Shown: piece after piece, positions 48,602-58,633 of the stretch
Layout of the letters: each line of letters opens with the position of its first letter
Position numbering within the stretch: position 1 is the stretch's first letter
Source: Candidatus Moanibacter sp.
GTDB taxonomy: Bacteria > Verrucomicrobiota > Verrucomicrobiia > Opitutales > UBA2987
Reading direction: 5' to 3'
Assembly: GCA_965215885.1 (NCBI GenBank)
Contig: CBDCEW010000099.1
Span: forward strand, 64,001 to 128,000
DNA: 64,000 nucleotides
Position numbers and translations under genes: made by a program
The notes under the pieces: model-generated
What the model saw: the letters and a program-made list of their open reading frames with translations, nothing else
Told to the model about the DNA's origin: nothing
The model's database searches: none

Positions 48602-49567
48602 ATGATGTATTCGTTTTATCCATGTAAACTGATAATCAGCGCTTCCGTGGTTCTGTTCTTAATGGCTATCTACCAGACCGTGATGGGCCAGGATCGTAGC
48701 GATGAAGAAAAGGTAAGAATCGCCGTGATCCACGGCGCTACTTTTGGCGATCCCGACAAATTCGGGGAAGGAGTCGTGGTAAAGGAGGGGGAGTTTACCG
48801 TAGAGACTTCTCTGGGAACCAGTCCTCCCATCACGAGAATGCGTTACAAAGGGGTGCCGTTTTACTTTTTTCGCGGCTTTTTGCGGAATCCGGTTGGTTC
48901 CCTGTATCCTCCCGGTTGGGAAAAGGTCAAGGCATTTGCCGCCCTCCACCAGTTAGGCGTTACGCACGTGTTGGGGGGCGATATCTGTGGAAGCATCAAT
49001 ACCGGCTACGACTTCGATGACTTCGTGGTGGTTGACGATTTTATTCTGATGGATAACCAACGCCCGCAGAACATCCTCCAGGTAACGGGCATTAAGCGAC
49101 CCGGTGTCTTTCCGAATTTTGAGACACCGTTCTGTCCCGACCTCCGAAAACTCTACACCGAGGTTTCGATGCGCTTATATGATGGGCGTGTCCATACAGG
49201 CGGTGTGATGGTGCAGGATGATCCGGGGCGATTTGAGACACCCGCTGAAATACGTCGGATGCGACTCTTCGGAGGCGATCTCGTGAGCCATGATAGCGTC
49301 ACCGATGCCGTCTACGCCCGACAGCTGGGTATGCATTTCGCGCTTCTCAATTCGGTCTCCAATCCCGCCGTAGGAGTGCGCCCATTCACTTTTCGGGATA
49401 TGCAAGAGAGCGTTCAACGGATCGCTGCTGGCGGGTTTCCCATTCTTCTTGAATGTATCGTCCGCCTGACCGATCTGGAACAGACTTGTGGACACATCTG
49501 TATCGGCGAACCGGTCGAGGGCACCTTCACCGATCCCGAAGCCAAAACCGATGAGAATTTATATTGA
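48602..49567 (+). CDS. Divergent MTAP/PNP-family nucleoside phosphorylase-like protein with signal peptide
   Basis: VETSLG, LHQLGVT, CGSIN, FETPFCPDLR, RFETPAEIR; hydrophobic N-terminus. Confidence 0.7.
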   Translation: MMYSFYPCKLIISASVVLFLMAIYQTVMGQDRSDEEKVRIAVIHGATFGDPDKFGEGVVVKEGEFTVETSLGTSPPITRMRYKGVPFYFFRGFLRNPVGSLYPPGWEKVKAFAALHQLGVTHVLGGDICGSINTGYDFDDFVVVDDFILMDNQRPQNILQVTGIKRPGVFPNFETPFCPDLRKLYTEVSMRLYDGRVHTGGVMVQDDPGRFETPAEIRRMRLFGGDLVSHDSVTDAVYARQLGMHFALLNSVSNPAVGVRPFTFRDMQESVQRIAAGGFPILLECIVRLTDLEQTCGHICIGEPVEGTFTDPEAKTDENLY

Positions 49568-49568
49568 G

Positions 49569-50876
49569 TTAGAAATACAACCAGTATTTCCTGCTTATGG
49601 CCTGAAACACTCTGCTTTGCTTTTGCCACCTATCAATAAATGCGCCAACGTTTACATCAGCCCCCTGACTGCTGATAGCTTGCCACCAGGCGGTTGAGCC
49701 GACGTGCTTATTAAAGAGAATAGCTTCCTTTTCAGTAGCGGCGGCAAACGGATTTCGCCTATTCCACTGACTAGCGATCTGCATAAGGTAGAAGCTTATT
49801 TCGGTGGGACGCACTCTTGTCCAATCGCTTACCGCTACATAGAGACCTCTCGCTTCACTGCCGTCAGCCTTGTGAAATTTGATAATTCGGAGTCCCAATC
49901 CCGGTAACACTTTTGCAGCAAGAGCATCACGAATCTGCTCGGGCGTTTTACCGGGATATCGAATAATGCGAAAGAGATAAGAAGGGCCGTAACCATGGGA
50001 AAATCCGCCAAGTTGGCACCCTAGTCCGGTCATGGCAAACCCCAGAGCCGCCGACAGATCAGTTATAGCGGGGGAGGTCGGTATCCATTTCAGACCGGTG
50101 CTGGGCCACATCATACGGCGCCGCCATCCGCGCATTGGCACAACCGTCAATCGACCTCGATTGCGAGTCCGTTCTTCGACATCCAGCCATCCGGGAACAC
50201 TGTGCGCCATTCCGGCGAGTTCTCCAATCGTCAACCCATGAACGTAGGGCGTCGGAAATGGACCCACATAGCTTTTCCAACGCTTTTCCAGAAGAGGACC
50301 ATCTACTTTTAAACCGCCCAATGGGTTTGGGCGGTCCAGAACCACTACGTGGATGTCTGCTTCGAAGCAAGCCTCCAAGGAGAGCCGCATTGCGCTCACG
50401 TAAGTGTAAGCCCTGACTCCAACATCCTGAAGATCGATGACCAGGACGTCTATACCGGCAAGCATTTCCGGCGAGGGTTTGCGGTGTTTTCCATAGAGGG
50501 AATATACGGGAAGTCCGGTTCGGCGATCCCTGCCATGAGCGATCCGCTGATTCGCCTTTTCGTCTCCGTAAATGCCATGTTCGGGACCAAATAGGGCGAC
50601 GAGGTTTACTCTCTTGTGACGTCTCAACACGTCGATCGTGCTGGTGCCGTAACGGTTGACACCCGCGGGGTGAGTGAGGAGACCGACACGCTTCCCTCGC
50701 AGGATTTCAAATTGCTTTTCCTCGAGAACGTCGATACCTAGGGCAATCTTTCCCTCCGCAATTTCCGCGGAGGTAAGTGCTGCGAGCAGAGTGGCTATCA
50801 AAAATGCCCTTTTCGAATAGCCTCTAGTTACTCTCCGGATCAAATTCAATTCGCTCTCCATTTCTGAATGATCCAC
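49569..50876 (-). CDS. namZ: DUF1343/NamZ exo-beta-N-acetylmuramidase family
   Basis: LFGPEHG, DLQDVGVRAYTY, LDRPNP, HGLTIGELA, WIPTSP. Confidence 0.88.
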   Translation of the reverse strand: MDHSEMESELNLIRRVTRGYSKRAFLIATLLAALTSAEIAEGKIALGIDVLEEKQFEILRGKRVGLLTHPAGVNRYGTSTIDVLRRHKRVNLVALFGPEHGIYGDEKANQRIAHGRDRRTGLPVYSLYGKHRKPSPEMLAGIDVLVIDLQDVGVRAYTYVSAMRLSLEACFEADIHVVVLDRPNPLGGLKVDGPLLEKRWKSYVGPFPTPYVHGLTIGELAGMAHSVPGWLDVEERTRNRGRLTVVPMRGWRRRMMWPSTGLKWIPTSPAITDLSAALGFAMTGLGCQLGGFSHGYGPSYLFRIIRYPGKTPEQIRDALAAKVLPGLGLRIIKFHKADGSEARGLYVAVSDWTRVRPTEISFYLMQIASQWNRRNPFAAATEKEAILFNKHVGSTAWWQAISSQGADVNVGAFIDRWQKQSRVFQAISRKYWLYF

Positions 50877-50887
50877 CTCCGAAACCT

Positions 50888-51201
50888 CTAGTCCGCTTTT
50901 CCTGGCTGTATCTGCAGTCGTAGGTGTATAGCGTGATGGCAGATGTCTTGGTTCGATGTTGGAAGCAAGGGGTCAAGCCTTAGAAGTGGCTGTTTTTCGG
51001 GGTCAGCCGCCTTAACAAATTGCCCTGAGCCTGTGAAGGGCGATTTGTAAGGCCTGACCCCCTCAGCGAAGCGGAAAAACAGCCACTTCTTAAGGTCATG
51101 ACCCCGAACGGCGAATAAATCTGCGAGAACTTTAAGACCATAAGCCATCGCGCTAAACACCTACCTTTAGTCCGACGGAAACAGCTAGGAAAAGCGGGCT
51201 C
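50888..51201. mobile_element. Fold-back MITE with long terminal and inner inverted repeats
   Basis: Left TAGTCCGCTTTTCCTGGCTGT...GTAGGTGTATAGCGTGATGGC mirrored at the right end; inner AGAAGTGGCTGTTTTTC and GAAAAACAGCCACTTCT. Confidence 0.7.
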
Positions 51202-51829
51202 AAGCCTCTTGCGCAGTAGAAACACTGTCCGAAGATTTGGCTGATTTGATCTGCCGAATCTCGCTCATTCTGGAAAGGGACCTTGATGCACGTATGGCTG
51301 CGATTCTGTAGAGAAGGCTCGAAATGAATTCCGCAAAATATCCGATTATCATTCCTCCAACCATCATCACCGTGACGTTGTATACTCCCTGTTTGAGCAG
51401 GTTTGTATCCTCCGGAAGGCCGGAAACCTGGGCCATTTGTCCCGTGTCGCCGAAAATGCTGAAAAGAAAGTCACCTATGGAGAAAGCGGTTAGGTAGATG
51501 AATGGTACCGTCAGGGGGTTTGAGATCAGCTGGAGCCCCACCAGGATCGGCAGATTTGCTTTGAAAATCAACGCTCCAACAAAGGCGAGGGGTATCTGTG
51601 CGCCGAATAGTGGCATGAAGGCGAGAATGCAACCCGCGTAAAAGGCGGGCACGGTGTGCTTCGTGCGAAAGGACCACAAATAGGCGCGCTTGCGAGCGAA
51701 TACGGTAAACCATTTAAGAAAGGGATACCGATGCAAGGTGGCGTGGCGCGGCAAAGGGCGCATCAGCCGCTTCAACCTTCTAATATGGGAGAACTGCTTC
51801 TCCCTGAGCCTCGCTTCTTCAGCTGCCAT
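51200..51829 (-). CDS. DUF2062 family membrane protein
   Basis: Probable start MAAEEA at 51829; LMRPLPRHATLHRYPFL, AFMPLFGAQI, KANLP, ISNPLT. Confidence 0.8.
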   Translation of the reverse strand: MAAEEARLREKQFSHIRRLKRLMRPLPRHATLHRYPFLKWFTVFARKRAYLWSFRTKHTVPAFYAGCILAFMPLFGAQIPLAFVGALIFKANLPILVGLQLISNPLTVPFIYLTAFSIGDFLFSIFGDTGQMAQVSGLPEDTNLLKQGVYNVTVMMVGGMIIGYFAEFISSLLYRIAAIRASRSLSRMSEIRQIKSAKSSDSVSTAQEA

Positions 51830-51962
51830 AGTTTGTCCCCAGAATCTCGTAGGGGAAGTCTGGGATTTTGGTTGTTCTAATAAGAGTGGGATCAAGGCTA
51901 ACCTATTTCCCACTCTTTATCGACCAAAATCTTCAGAATTTAATCACGAGAATAGAGTCGGC

Positions 51963-52400
51963 AATTTTTGTCCAATTGGCGAAAGAGTTAGATACCCCGT
52001 CCGCGGCATGCCGGGACGGGGAGTATTCATCGTGCGCGGAGCCCATCGACATTTTTCGGATTAGTCCGGCCCCCGGCGCGCAGACCCTTGCCGGATCAAA
52101 CTCTGCCGTACGGCAGAGTGAAACCTTGACCCACCCTTCCGTCTTCGCTCCGCTCTCTCTTCGCCGAGACATGCCGGACACCTCTTCCTGGGAGGGCGAC
52201 CCACCCCTAACCCCTCCCAGGAGGGGATCTGTTCACTGGGGAGCTCGTTTACTAAGTTCCCCTCCTGGGAGGGGTTAGGGGTGGGTTTCTTCCAAGCCCG
52301 CTTCTACCTTCATTAAATGTTAGCCAACCGCCGGCAAACCCAGCCTGCCCTGAGCCCGCCGATGGGTTGAAAACCCTGAGCCAGTCGAAAGGCATGCATA
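51963..52400. repeat. Mosaic repeat cluster
   Basis: IS200/605-end-like hairpin 51963-52030; REP remnant 52028-52044; perfect palindrome 52100-52119; 29-nt perfect IR 52199-52227 and 52258-52286; CCTGAGCC..CGA units at about 52343-52392. Confidence 0.75.
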
Positions 52401-52418
52401 GTAAGTCTACAATTGCGA

Positions 52419-54677
52419 TCATCCCTTATACAGGAGCCAGGCGGTTGCCAGAACGGAGAGGGGGGACCACTGGTCTGTTTCTTTGGCGACTTGGGCAAGG
52501 GCTCGCGCGGCAGGATAGCGATCATTTTCGGCGGCCTCCAGTTGCTCGATCAGGAACCTGACTATTTGATCGTGATTCTTTTCGCGGAATGCATTGATAG
52601 TTGACTGATGGTCTTTCCTCCATGAGTCGGAACGGAAGTCGAGGTGAGTGTTAAGGCTCGCCCAGGAAGATTGGTCGCTCGTGGAATTAAGCAGCCAATG
52701 AACGCGAATCTCGAGCCATTCGCAAAAGGCGCTCATTAATTCGTAACGGTCTTCCCTGCTTCTCAGACGCAGGAGCGCGTCGAGGGCCAAAACGGCATGT
52801 TCGCGAGCATCAAGTTGGAGGAGAGAAAGACAGGCCGCCGATACCACGGAAAGATTACGATTTTCTTCCTCTAATATCTTCACGAGCGGGCCTATAGCAG
52901 TCTCGTCACCTATTTTTCCGAGCGCTCGAGCGGACATTGCCCGGACGCGGGGTGGCATTTCCTGAGAGAGTCTCACAACGAGTAATTCAGATGCTGGTAT
53001 ATGTCTTAATTCTCCGAGGGCCCACGCTGTGTGGTCCCAGAGCGATCGGTGTTCCTCGTCTGCCAGGATAATTGAAAGTTCCTGCCCGGCGAGGGCTGAC
53101 CCTGTATGGGCGAGACTGCGAATCGATTCCACCTTAACATCATATGAGGGGTCGCGCAGCAATTCGAGGAGGGGGTCAATGACCATGGGGTTAGGGTTTG
53201 CTCCAAACCAGTGAGCCAGTTCCGCTCTTCGTTCTTTTGCTTCGTCGTAGACTCGCCGGCTGGCATATACGGTGCGGGCGGGGCTATGGAAAAGGGCTGA
53301 GAAGAAATCACTTACTCTGAACCAGGGTCGGAGATTCGGGAGTCTCTTCGCTATGGGTATGGATACGAGTAATAGGAGAGGAGCCACTACTGCGGCATAG
53401 ACCTTATACCAGTCGAGATGGATTAAGCCGTTCCAAAGGGGATGAATGCCTCCGGGCATGACGATGTGAGTGAGAAAGATGCCGGCGAGGAAGAATACGA
53501 GGGCCTGAAAAGTGACCTGCACGACCGAGAATATGTTCATCGCCTCGAGACTTTCTTCCGGCCGAACGTGATAGTGTTGAATCGACGTCGCGACGGTGAA
53601 GATCCCCGATGTTAGAATTCCGTTGGATAAACCAAGAAGGAGCAAAGCTCCTGTCCCCATCAGCGTCTCCGGATTCAATGTGGACCAGCTGAATCCCACC
53701 TCCGAGAAGGGAGGCACGAAAAAGATGATTGGGGTGGCAACTGCGGTTAGACTCAGCAGTCCTATGAGCATGGGACGAAAACCAATAGTATCGGCCATTT
53801 GCCCCCAGATGTAAAAGAAGAGGACCTGACCCAGCGTAATGGTGAATATGTAGATAGTGACGAGATTGGCGGGCACCTCAAGGACTTGCCTGAAATAGAC
53901 GATCGCGAGGGGAAGACTGGCGGCGATCGAGAGTAGCGAAACCAGAAGCGGAAGCCGGAGAAGTGGCGAGCTCCTCAGGATATAGAAAAAGGAGCGACGA
54001 CGAACGGTTTCTTCATTCAAACTTGCAGTATCTGCCTCTGCGCGGTCCGGTATTCGGCGAATCCAGAAGCAGCTGTTGACGAGTCCAATCAGTGCGATTC
54101 CAAGTAAGATCCTGTATTGCTCCTGAGTGATTGTAGCGCCCACTACGACGATAATGGCTCCGCTGATAAGCAGGGTCGTAATAGAGAATGAAAACTGTAG
54201 ACGCCCGAGATATCGACCGCGATTTCTCGTCGTCGTAATATCCCGGATGAGGGACGGCCATACAAGATTGATTCCCAATTCCCTGGCAGCGAGAAAAATC
54301 ATGAGCAGCACTGTCAGGAGGGTGAGGGAGAGGTGCGCATATGGCAGGGTTAGAAGGATTACGACTACCACGACCTGTATTATCCTCCCGCTTATAAATG
54401 TGCGAATGCGACCAAATCTTCGAACGTGTCTGACAGCAGCGATGCGAAGGATGCTCACCAGTGGCACGAGAGCAAAAATTGTCGCTATGCTTAAGGGGTC
54501 AAATTTCAGAACATCCGAAGCGAAAAGCATCATGTACTGTCCCGCCAGGATATTGAATGTGATGGGACCAAACAGACTACTCAGGAGAACGTTCCGCTGG
54601 GCATGGCTGCGCTGGGCGGAAGAGAGATCCCTGTCGGGTTCATTGGCCGTTTCCGGCTGACTAGTCGATACAGTCAT
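52419..54677 (-). CDS. MFS transporter fused to C-terminal HEAT repeats
   Basis: About 12 TM segments (RGRYLG, WGQMADTIGFRP) then HEAT motifs (AWALGEL, VRAMSARALGKIGD..AI.PL). Confidence 0.82.
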   Translation of the reverse strand: MTVSTSQPETANEPDRDLSSAQRSHAQRNVLLSSLFGPITFNILAGQYMMLFASDVLKFDPLSIATIFALVPLVSILRIAAVRHVRRFGRIRTFISGRIIQVVVVVILLTLPYAHLSLTLLTVLLMIFLAARELGINLVWPSLIRDITTTRNRGRYLGRLQFSFSITTLLISGAIIVVVGATITQEQYRILLGIALIGLVNSCFWIRRIPDRAEADTASLNEETVRRRSFFYILRSSPLLRLPLLVSLLSIAASLPLAIVYFRQVLEVPANLVTIYIFTITLGQVLFFYIWGQMADTIGFRPMLIGLLSLTAVATPIIFFVPPFSEVGFSWSTLNPETLMGTGALLLLGLSNGILTSGIFTVATSIQHYHVRPEESLEAMNIFSVVQVTFQALVFFLAGIFLTHIVMPGGIHPLWNGLIHLDWYKVYAAVVAPLLLLVSIPIAKRLPNLRPWFRVSDFFSALFHSPARTVYASRRVYDEAKERRAELAHWFGANPNPMVIDPLLELLRDPSYDVKVESIRSLAHTGSALAGQELSIILADEEHRSLWDHTAWALGELRHIPASELLVVRLSQEMPPRVRAMSARALGKIGDETAIGPLVKILEEENRNLSVVSAACLSLLQLDAREHAVLALDALLRLRSREDRYELMSAFCEWLEIRVHWLLNSTSDQSSWASLNTHLDFRSDSWRKDHQSTINAFREKNHDQIVRFLIEQLEAAENDRYPAARALAQVAKETDQWSPLSVLATAWLLYKG

Positions 54678-54734
54678 TCTTATTGCCGTTGTTTTCGCTG
54701 TATGTTTCCCGTAATAATTCTGATTTTAGGAGAG

Positions 54735-55292
54735 ATGATAACCAAATTCGGCAGTATTTACGCTGGGCACGTAGACTTGGAGGATATTGGTTTGGAAGGA
54801 ACTCCGGTAAACGAGCGCTGGCTTTCAGACGAGCATCTGAACACCGTATTCGATAAAACGCTGGCCATCGTGCAGGCGATGGACCGTCTTGGGTATGACA
54901 GCTTCTGGGGCGCCGAGCATCACTTCCAGCGGGAGGGTTATGAATGCACGTCCAACTTGCTCATGCTCTTCGTCCATCTGGCCCATCTTACCAGGAACAT
55001 CAAACTCGCCTGTGGTTTTAATATTGCCCCGATGTGGCACCCGCTGCGGCTGGCGGAGGATTATGCCATGGCCGATATCCTGACCGGAGGGCGGGTCATC
55101 TTCGGCATCGGTCGCGGATACCACTGCCGCGAAGTCGATACTTTTGGAGTCCCGAGCACGATTACCGATTCCGATGCCAACCGAGAGCGTTTTGAGGAAC
55201 AGGTCGAGATCATCTTTAAGGCTTTTAACAGCCGTTCTTTTTCACATCACGGCAAATTCTATGACATTCCGCCTCCTGTCCCCTTCAACTGA
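54735..55292 (+). pseudogene. Truncated LLM-class flavin-dependent oxidoreductase
   Basis: ATG 54735 after AGGAG; WGAEHHFQREGYE, WHPLRLAED, GRVIFGIGRGY; stops after 185 aa, about half a TIM barrel. Confidence 0.75.
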
Positions 55293-55309
55293 TTGAATGT
55301 TTGGGGAAC

Positions 55310-56296
55310 TCAAAATAGGCCAAGAACCGCGCTGCCGTTCAGATTTCCGTTGCGCAGATCACCTAAGGCTTCGTTTGCATTTTCCAGTGGATATACTGTG
55401 ATTTCTGTCTGAATTGGAATTCTGGGTGCGAGAGCGAGGAAGTCGGTTCCGTCCTGTCGAGTGAGATTGGCGACGGAACGGATGACGCGCTCCTCCCAAA
55501 GGTCCTTGTAAGGGAAGCCGGGGATATCGCTCATATGAATTCCCGCGCAAACGACGGTGCCTCCTTTTCGAACGGCTTTGAGGGCGGCGGGAACGAGTGC
55601 GCCGACGGGAGCGAATATGATGGCGGCGTCGAGTAGTTCAGGAGGTGTTTCTTCGGAATTTCCGGCCCAACTGGCACCGAGGTTGCGCGCGAATTCCTGG
55701 CCTTCTCTGTCACCTCTCCGCGTAAAGGCGAAGATTTTTCGTTCCTCAAACTCTGCCACCTGGGCTATGATATGGGCGGCGGCGCCGAATCCGTAAAGAC
55801 CGAGGTTTTCGGGATCTCCTGTCATGCGGTAGGCGCGATAACCGATGAGCCCGGCGCAGAGGAGAGGGGCAACCTCCAGATCGGAATAGTCATCTGGTAG
55901 TGGGAAACAGAAATCCTCATGAGCCACGCAGTATTCGGCGAAGCCGCCATCTTTCTGATAGCCGGTCAAAATCGGGTCGTCGCACAGATTCTCGCGGTCA
56001 TCCTTGCAATATCGGCAATGTCCGCAGGCGCCTCCCAACCAGGGAACCCCCACTCGCTCTCCGATCTGAAAACGCCTTGCTTTGGCACCCAGGCCCTCGA
56101 CTATCCCGACGATCTGGTGTCCCGGTATCAGAGGTAGCTTCGGCTCCGTCAACTCCCCGTCGACAATGTGGAGGTCGGTGCGGCAGACGCCGCAGGCGCC
56201 GATCATTATAAGAACTTCATCGGGGCCCGGGGTGGGCATCGCAAGTTCCTGGAGCGCCAATTGCTCCCGGCTGGTTCCTAGTATCATCGCTCTCAT
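55310..56296 (-). CDS. Zinc-dependent alcohol dehydrogenase family protein (TIGR02822-like)
   Basis: CGVCRTDLH, IPGHQIVG, CGHCRYC..RENLC, LLCAGLIGYR, GLYGFGAAAH. Confidence 0.9.
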   Translation of the reverse strand: MRAMILGTSREQLALQELAMPTPGPDEVLIMIGACGVCRTDLHIVDGELTEPKLPLIPGHQIVGIVEGLGAKARRFQIGERVGVPWLGGACGHCRYCKDDRENLCDDPILTGYQKDGGFAEYCVAHEDFCFPLPDDYSDLEVAPLLCAGLIGYRAYRMTGDPENLGLYGFGAAAHIIAQVAEFEERKIFAFTRRGDREGQEFARNLGASWAGNSEETPPELLDAAIIFAPVGALVPAALKAVRKGGTVVCAGIHMSDIPGFPYKDLWEERVIRSVANLTRQDGTDFLALAPRIPIQTEITVYPLENANEALGDLRNGNLNGSAVLGLF

Positions 56297-56494
56297 TCGG
56301 TACCCTGTTGGCTCACGGAGTGTGAGGGAGTGAATCGAGCGGCACAAGACCGGGGCAGCCTCAAAAACGCTAAACGGTTACTACGGCAGAGTTGTTCGAC
56401 CCGTCGTCGCAACGCTATATCGAGGCAAACAGGCTCAGGTTATCCAACGGGGTAGTGGGCGGTTCATAACAGTTGAATTCGGTGGCAATACCGT

Positions 56495-56559
56495 CGAAAT
56501 GCTCCCGCATTCCGCTACCTTCCGAATCGAAGCACGTAGCGGAATGCGGGAGCATTTCG
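56495..56559. repeat. GTAG-type REP doublet
   Basis: Perfect 24-nt arms with a 17-nt spacer; REP GTAG-CGGAATGC-GGGA-GCATTTCG. Confidence 0.75.
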
Positions 56560-56823
56560 TCCTGATACCGCTGAAGTTTCACCTTGCTTTACGTCTGGGT
56601 CTGTTCCCGTGAGGAACACGTTGGCGGCCGAACTGACTTAGTTTTTTTGTTCGTTATTCGGCGAAATACGAACATAGAAGCTGCGTCACCCCGTCTTGGT
56701 GATAGATATGTTGTCCCGCTTGCTCGTCGATCGCAGATTGGAACTCTCGCGAAATTTCCAGGCCAGTTGCGAGATGTTCATTGCGAAAGGGGAGACAGTT
56801 GGTACTATTGGAGTCGCTCATTC

Positions 56824-57309
56824 ATGTCTAGCGGCGAACATCTGCTGATCGACGGATTCAATGTAATTCACGCCTGGCCGGAGTTGCGGAAGGCGCTGGA
56901 ACAGGGGAGTGATGTGGCCCAGCAACGTCTGGCGGATTGCGTTAGGGTAGTCCACGATTTCGACGGTGTCCGCATGACGATCGTGTTTGACGGTCGTGGC
57001 GACGATATCGATATCGAGAGACCGATTGGCGATTTGACGTTTTCGCATGTTTACGCGCCGGCCGGGTCGAGCGCCGATGCGCTTATTGAGCAGTACGTGT
57101 ATGGCGCGAAAGCGCCTGAAAAGATAACGGTGGTGACGCGCGACAATATGATCAGCGAAACTGTGCGGACTCTCGGCGCTTGGGTTATCACACCTGACGA
57201 CTTGCAAGATCGGGTGGAAAGATGTGAGCAGATGCAGACCGACAGTCTGGAGCGACATCGAAAGGAGACAGAGAGGGAGTGGGGGAGAAGGATGAAGGGT
57301 GAAGGGTGA
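56824..57309 (+). CDS. NYN-domain (YacP/Rae1-like) ribonuclease
   Basis: LLIDGFNVIH, IVFDG, SADALIE, VVTRD; start reassigned to ATG 56824. Confidence 0.85.
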   Translation: MSSGEHLLIDGFNVIHAWPELRKALEQGSDVAQQRLADCVRVVHDFDGVRMTIVFDGRGDDIDIERPIGDLTFSHVYAPAGSSADALIEQYVYGAKAPEKITVVTRDNMISETVRTLGAWVITPDDLQDRVERCEQMQTDSLERHRKETEREWGRRMKGEG

Positions 57310-57341
57310 AGGATGAATGGAAAAGGGGGATTGAGAAGCCG

Positions 57342-58550
57342 ATGCGCAGTGTGATTGTGAAAGCCGGCGAAGTTGCGGAGATTCAGGGATTGTATGGTCC
57401 GATTACGGTTTCGGAAAAGCTTCTGCAGAAAATCTGGCTGCGAGGCGATTTCCGAAAGGAGGGATTGAAGACGGCGGATGGAATGCCGCTGAACATCCTG
57501 GCGCCGGGAATTTGGAATCTTCAGGAAGGACCGGATTTCAAGAATGCGGAATTGGAGGTGGGGGGTGATCGGCTTTTTGGTGATGTCGAGGTGCACTTTT
57601 ACATGCGTGACTGGTTTCAACACGGACACCATGAGGACACCGAATTCTGCAGAGTAGTGCTTCATGTGGTTCTTTTTGCTCCAGTAAGGACCGATAAACT
57701 GCCGCTTATGGTTCACGGGACGAGCCCGCATAATCTCGTTTTGTTGCCCTGGCTGCACCAGAATATTGAAGAGTATGCCAATGATGAAGTGCTCCTCGCC
57801 CTTGAGGAACGTGATCAGTTGGATGTCGTTCTTCCCCTCTTGCGGAGTCCTTTACCTGAGCGAAGAAAACTGTTGCGGGAGAAGGCATTGATCCGGTGGG
57901 GACAGAAAGTGGCTTATTCCCGACAGCGCATCGAATGCAGCGGTTGGGAGGAGTCGTGTCATCAGAGTGCTATGGAGGTGCTTGGATACCGGCGTAACCG
58001 AGGCCCAATGATTACGTTGGCGACTCGTCATCCGCTCGAAGAAATAGCCGGTGGAGGGGCCGTAGCTGCGACCTTTTTTGAAGAACTGAAAGGGCATTGG
58101 AGATTGGCCGGACTTCGACCACCCAACCATCCACGGAAGCGACTGGAACAGTATCTCTTGATGTTGGAGCGGAAGCCGGACTGGCCTGGTGCGCTGATAG
58201 ATGCCTGCGCAGGATTAAGGACAGGGCCTTCCGGATTTTTCGAAACCGCTGTTTTCCGCAGGGAAACAGAATTGAGGCACTTCCGGGAATACCTCAATGA
58301 ACGGGTTGTGGTCGGAGCGATTACGGGTAGTCGATTCGACACCTTGGTGTGCGATGCCTTCTTGCCTTTGATCTCGGCGAGGACGGGGAGGGGTCTCTTT
58401 GACATCTGGTTTCACTGGTATGGCGGTGATGCGCCGGACGCGTTGCGAAAGCTCCTCAGACAGGCCGAACTGATCGATGGGAGAGTCTGGCCGGCATCAA
58501 ACGGCTCTTTCCAGGGCTCTCTCCAGTATCTGATGGGATCGGGGATGTAG
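57342..58550 (+). CDS. DUF2851 family protein
   Basis: SEKLLQKIW, PGIWNLQEGPDF, GDVEVH, DWFQHGH..D, VVLHVV. Confidence 0.85.
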   Translation: MRSVIVKAGEVAEIQGLYGPITVSEKLLQKIWLRGDFRKEGLKTADGMPLNILAPGIWNLQEGPDFKNAELEVGGDRLFGDVEVHFYMRDWFQHGHHEDTEFCRVVLHVVLFAPVRTDKLPLMVHGTSPHNLVLLPWLHQNIEEYANDEVLLALEERDQLDVVLPLLRSPLPERRKLLREKALIRWGQKVAYSRQRIECSGWEESCHQSAMEVLGYRRNRGPMITLATRHPLEEIAGGGAVAATFFEELKGHWRLAGLRPPNHPRKRLEQYLLMLERKPDWPGALIDACAGLRTGPSGFFETAVFRRETELRHFREYLNERVVVGAITGSRFDTLVCDAFLPLISARTGRGLFDIWFHWYGGDAPDALRKLLRQAELIDGRVWPASNGSFQGSLQYLMGSGM

Positions 58551-58556
58551 AGAGTC

Positions 58557-58604
58557 GGAGGTATGGAGTGCTGGAGTGTTCGAATGCTGGAATGCTGGGA
58601 TGTT
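58557..58604. repeat. Degenerate 8-mer tandem repeat (GGAGTGCT/GGAATGCT)
   Basis: ggaggtatggagtgctggagtgttcgaatgctggaatgctgggatgtt. Confidence 0.6.
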
Positions 58605-58633
58605 GAAGGATTTGAGTTTGAGGAGAGTTCGTG

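Noticed and set aside
56584..56823. 80-aa N-terminal extension of the NYN protein
   Set aside because: TTG start crossing intergenic repeat sequence; the domain starts at ATG 56824
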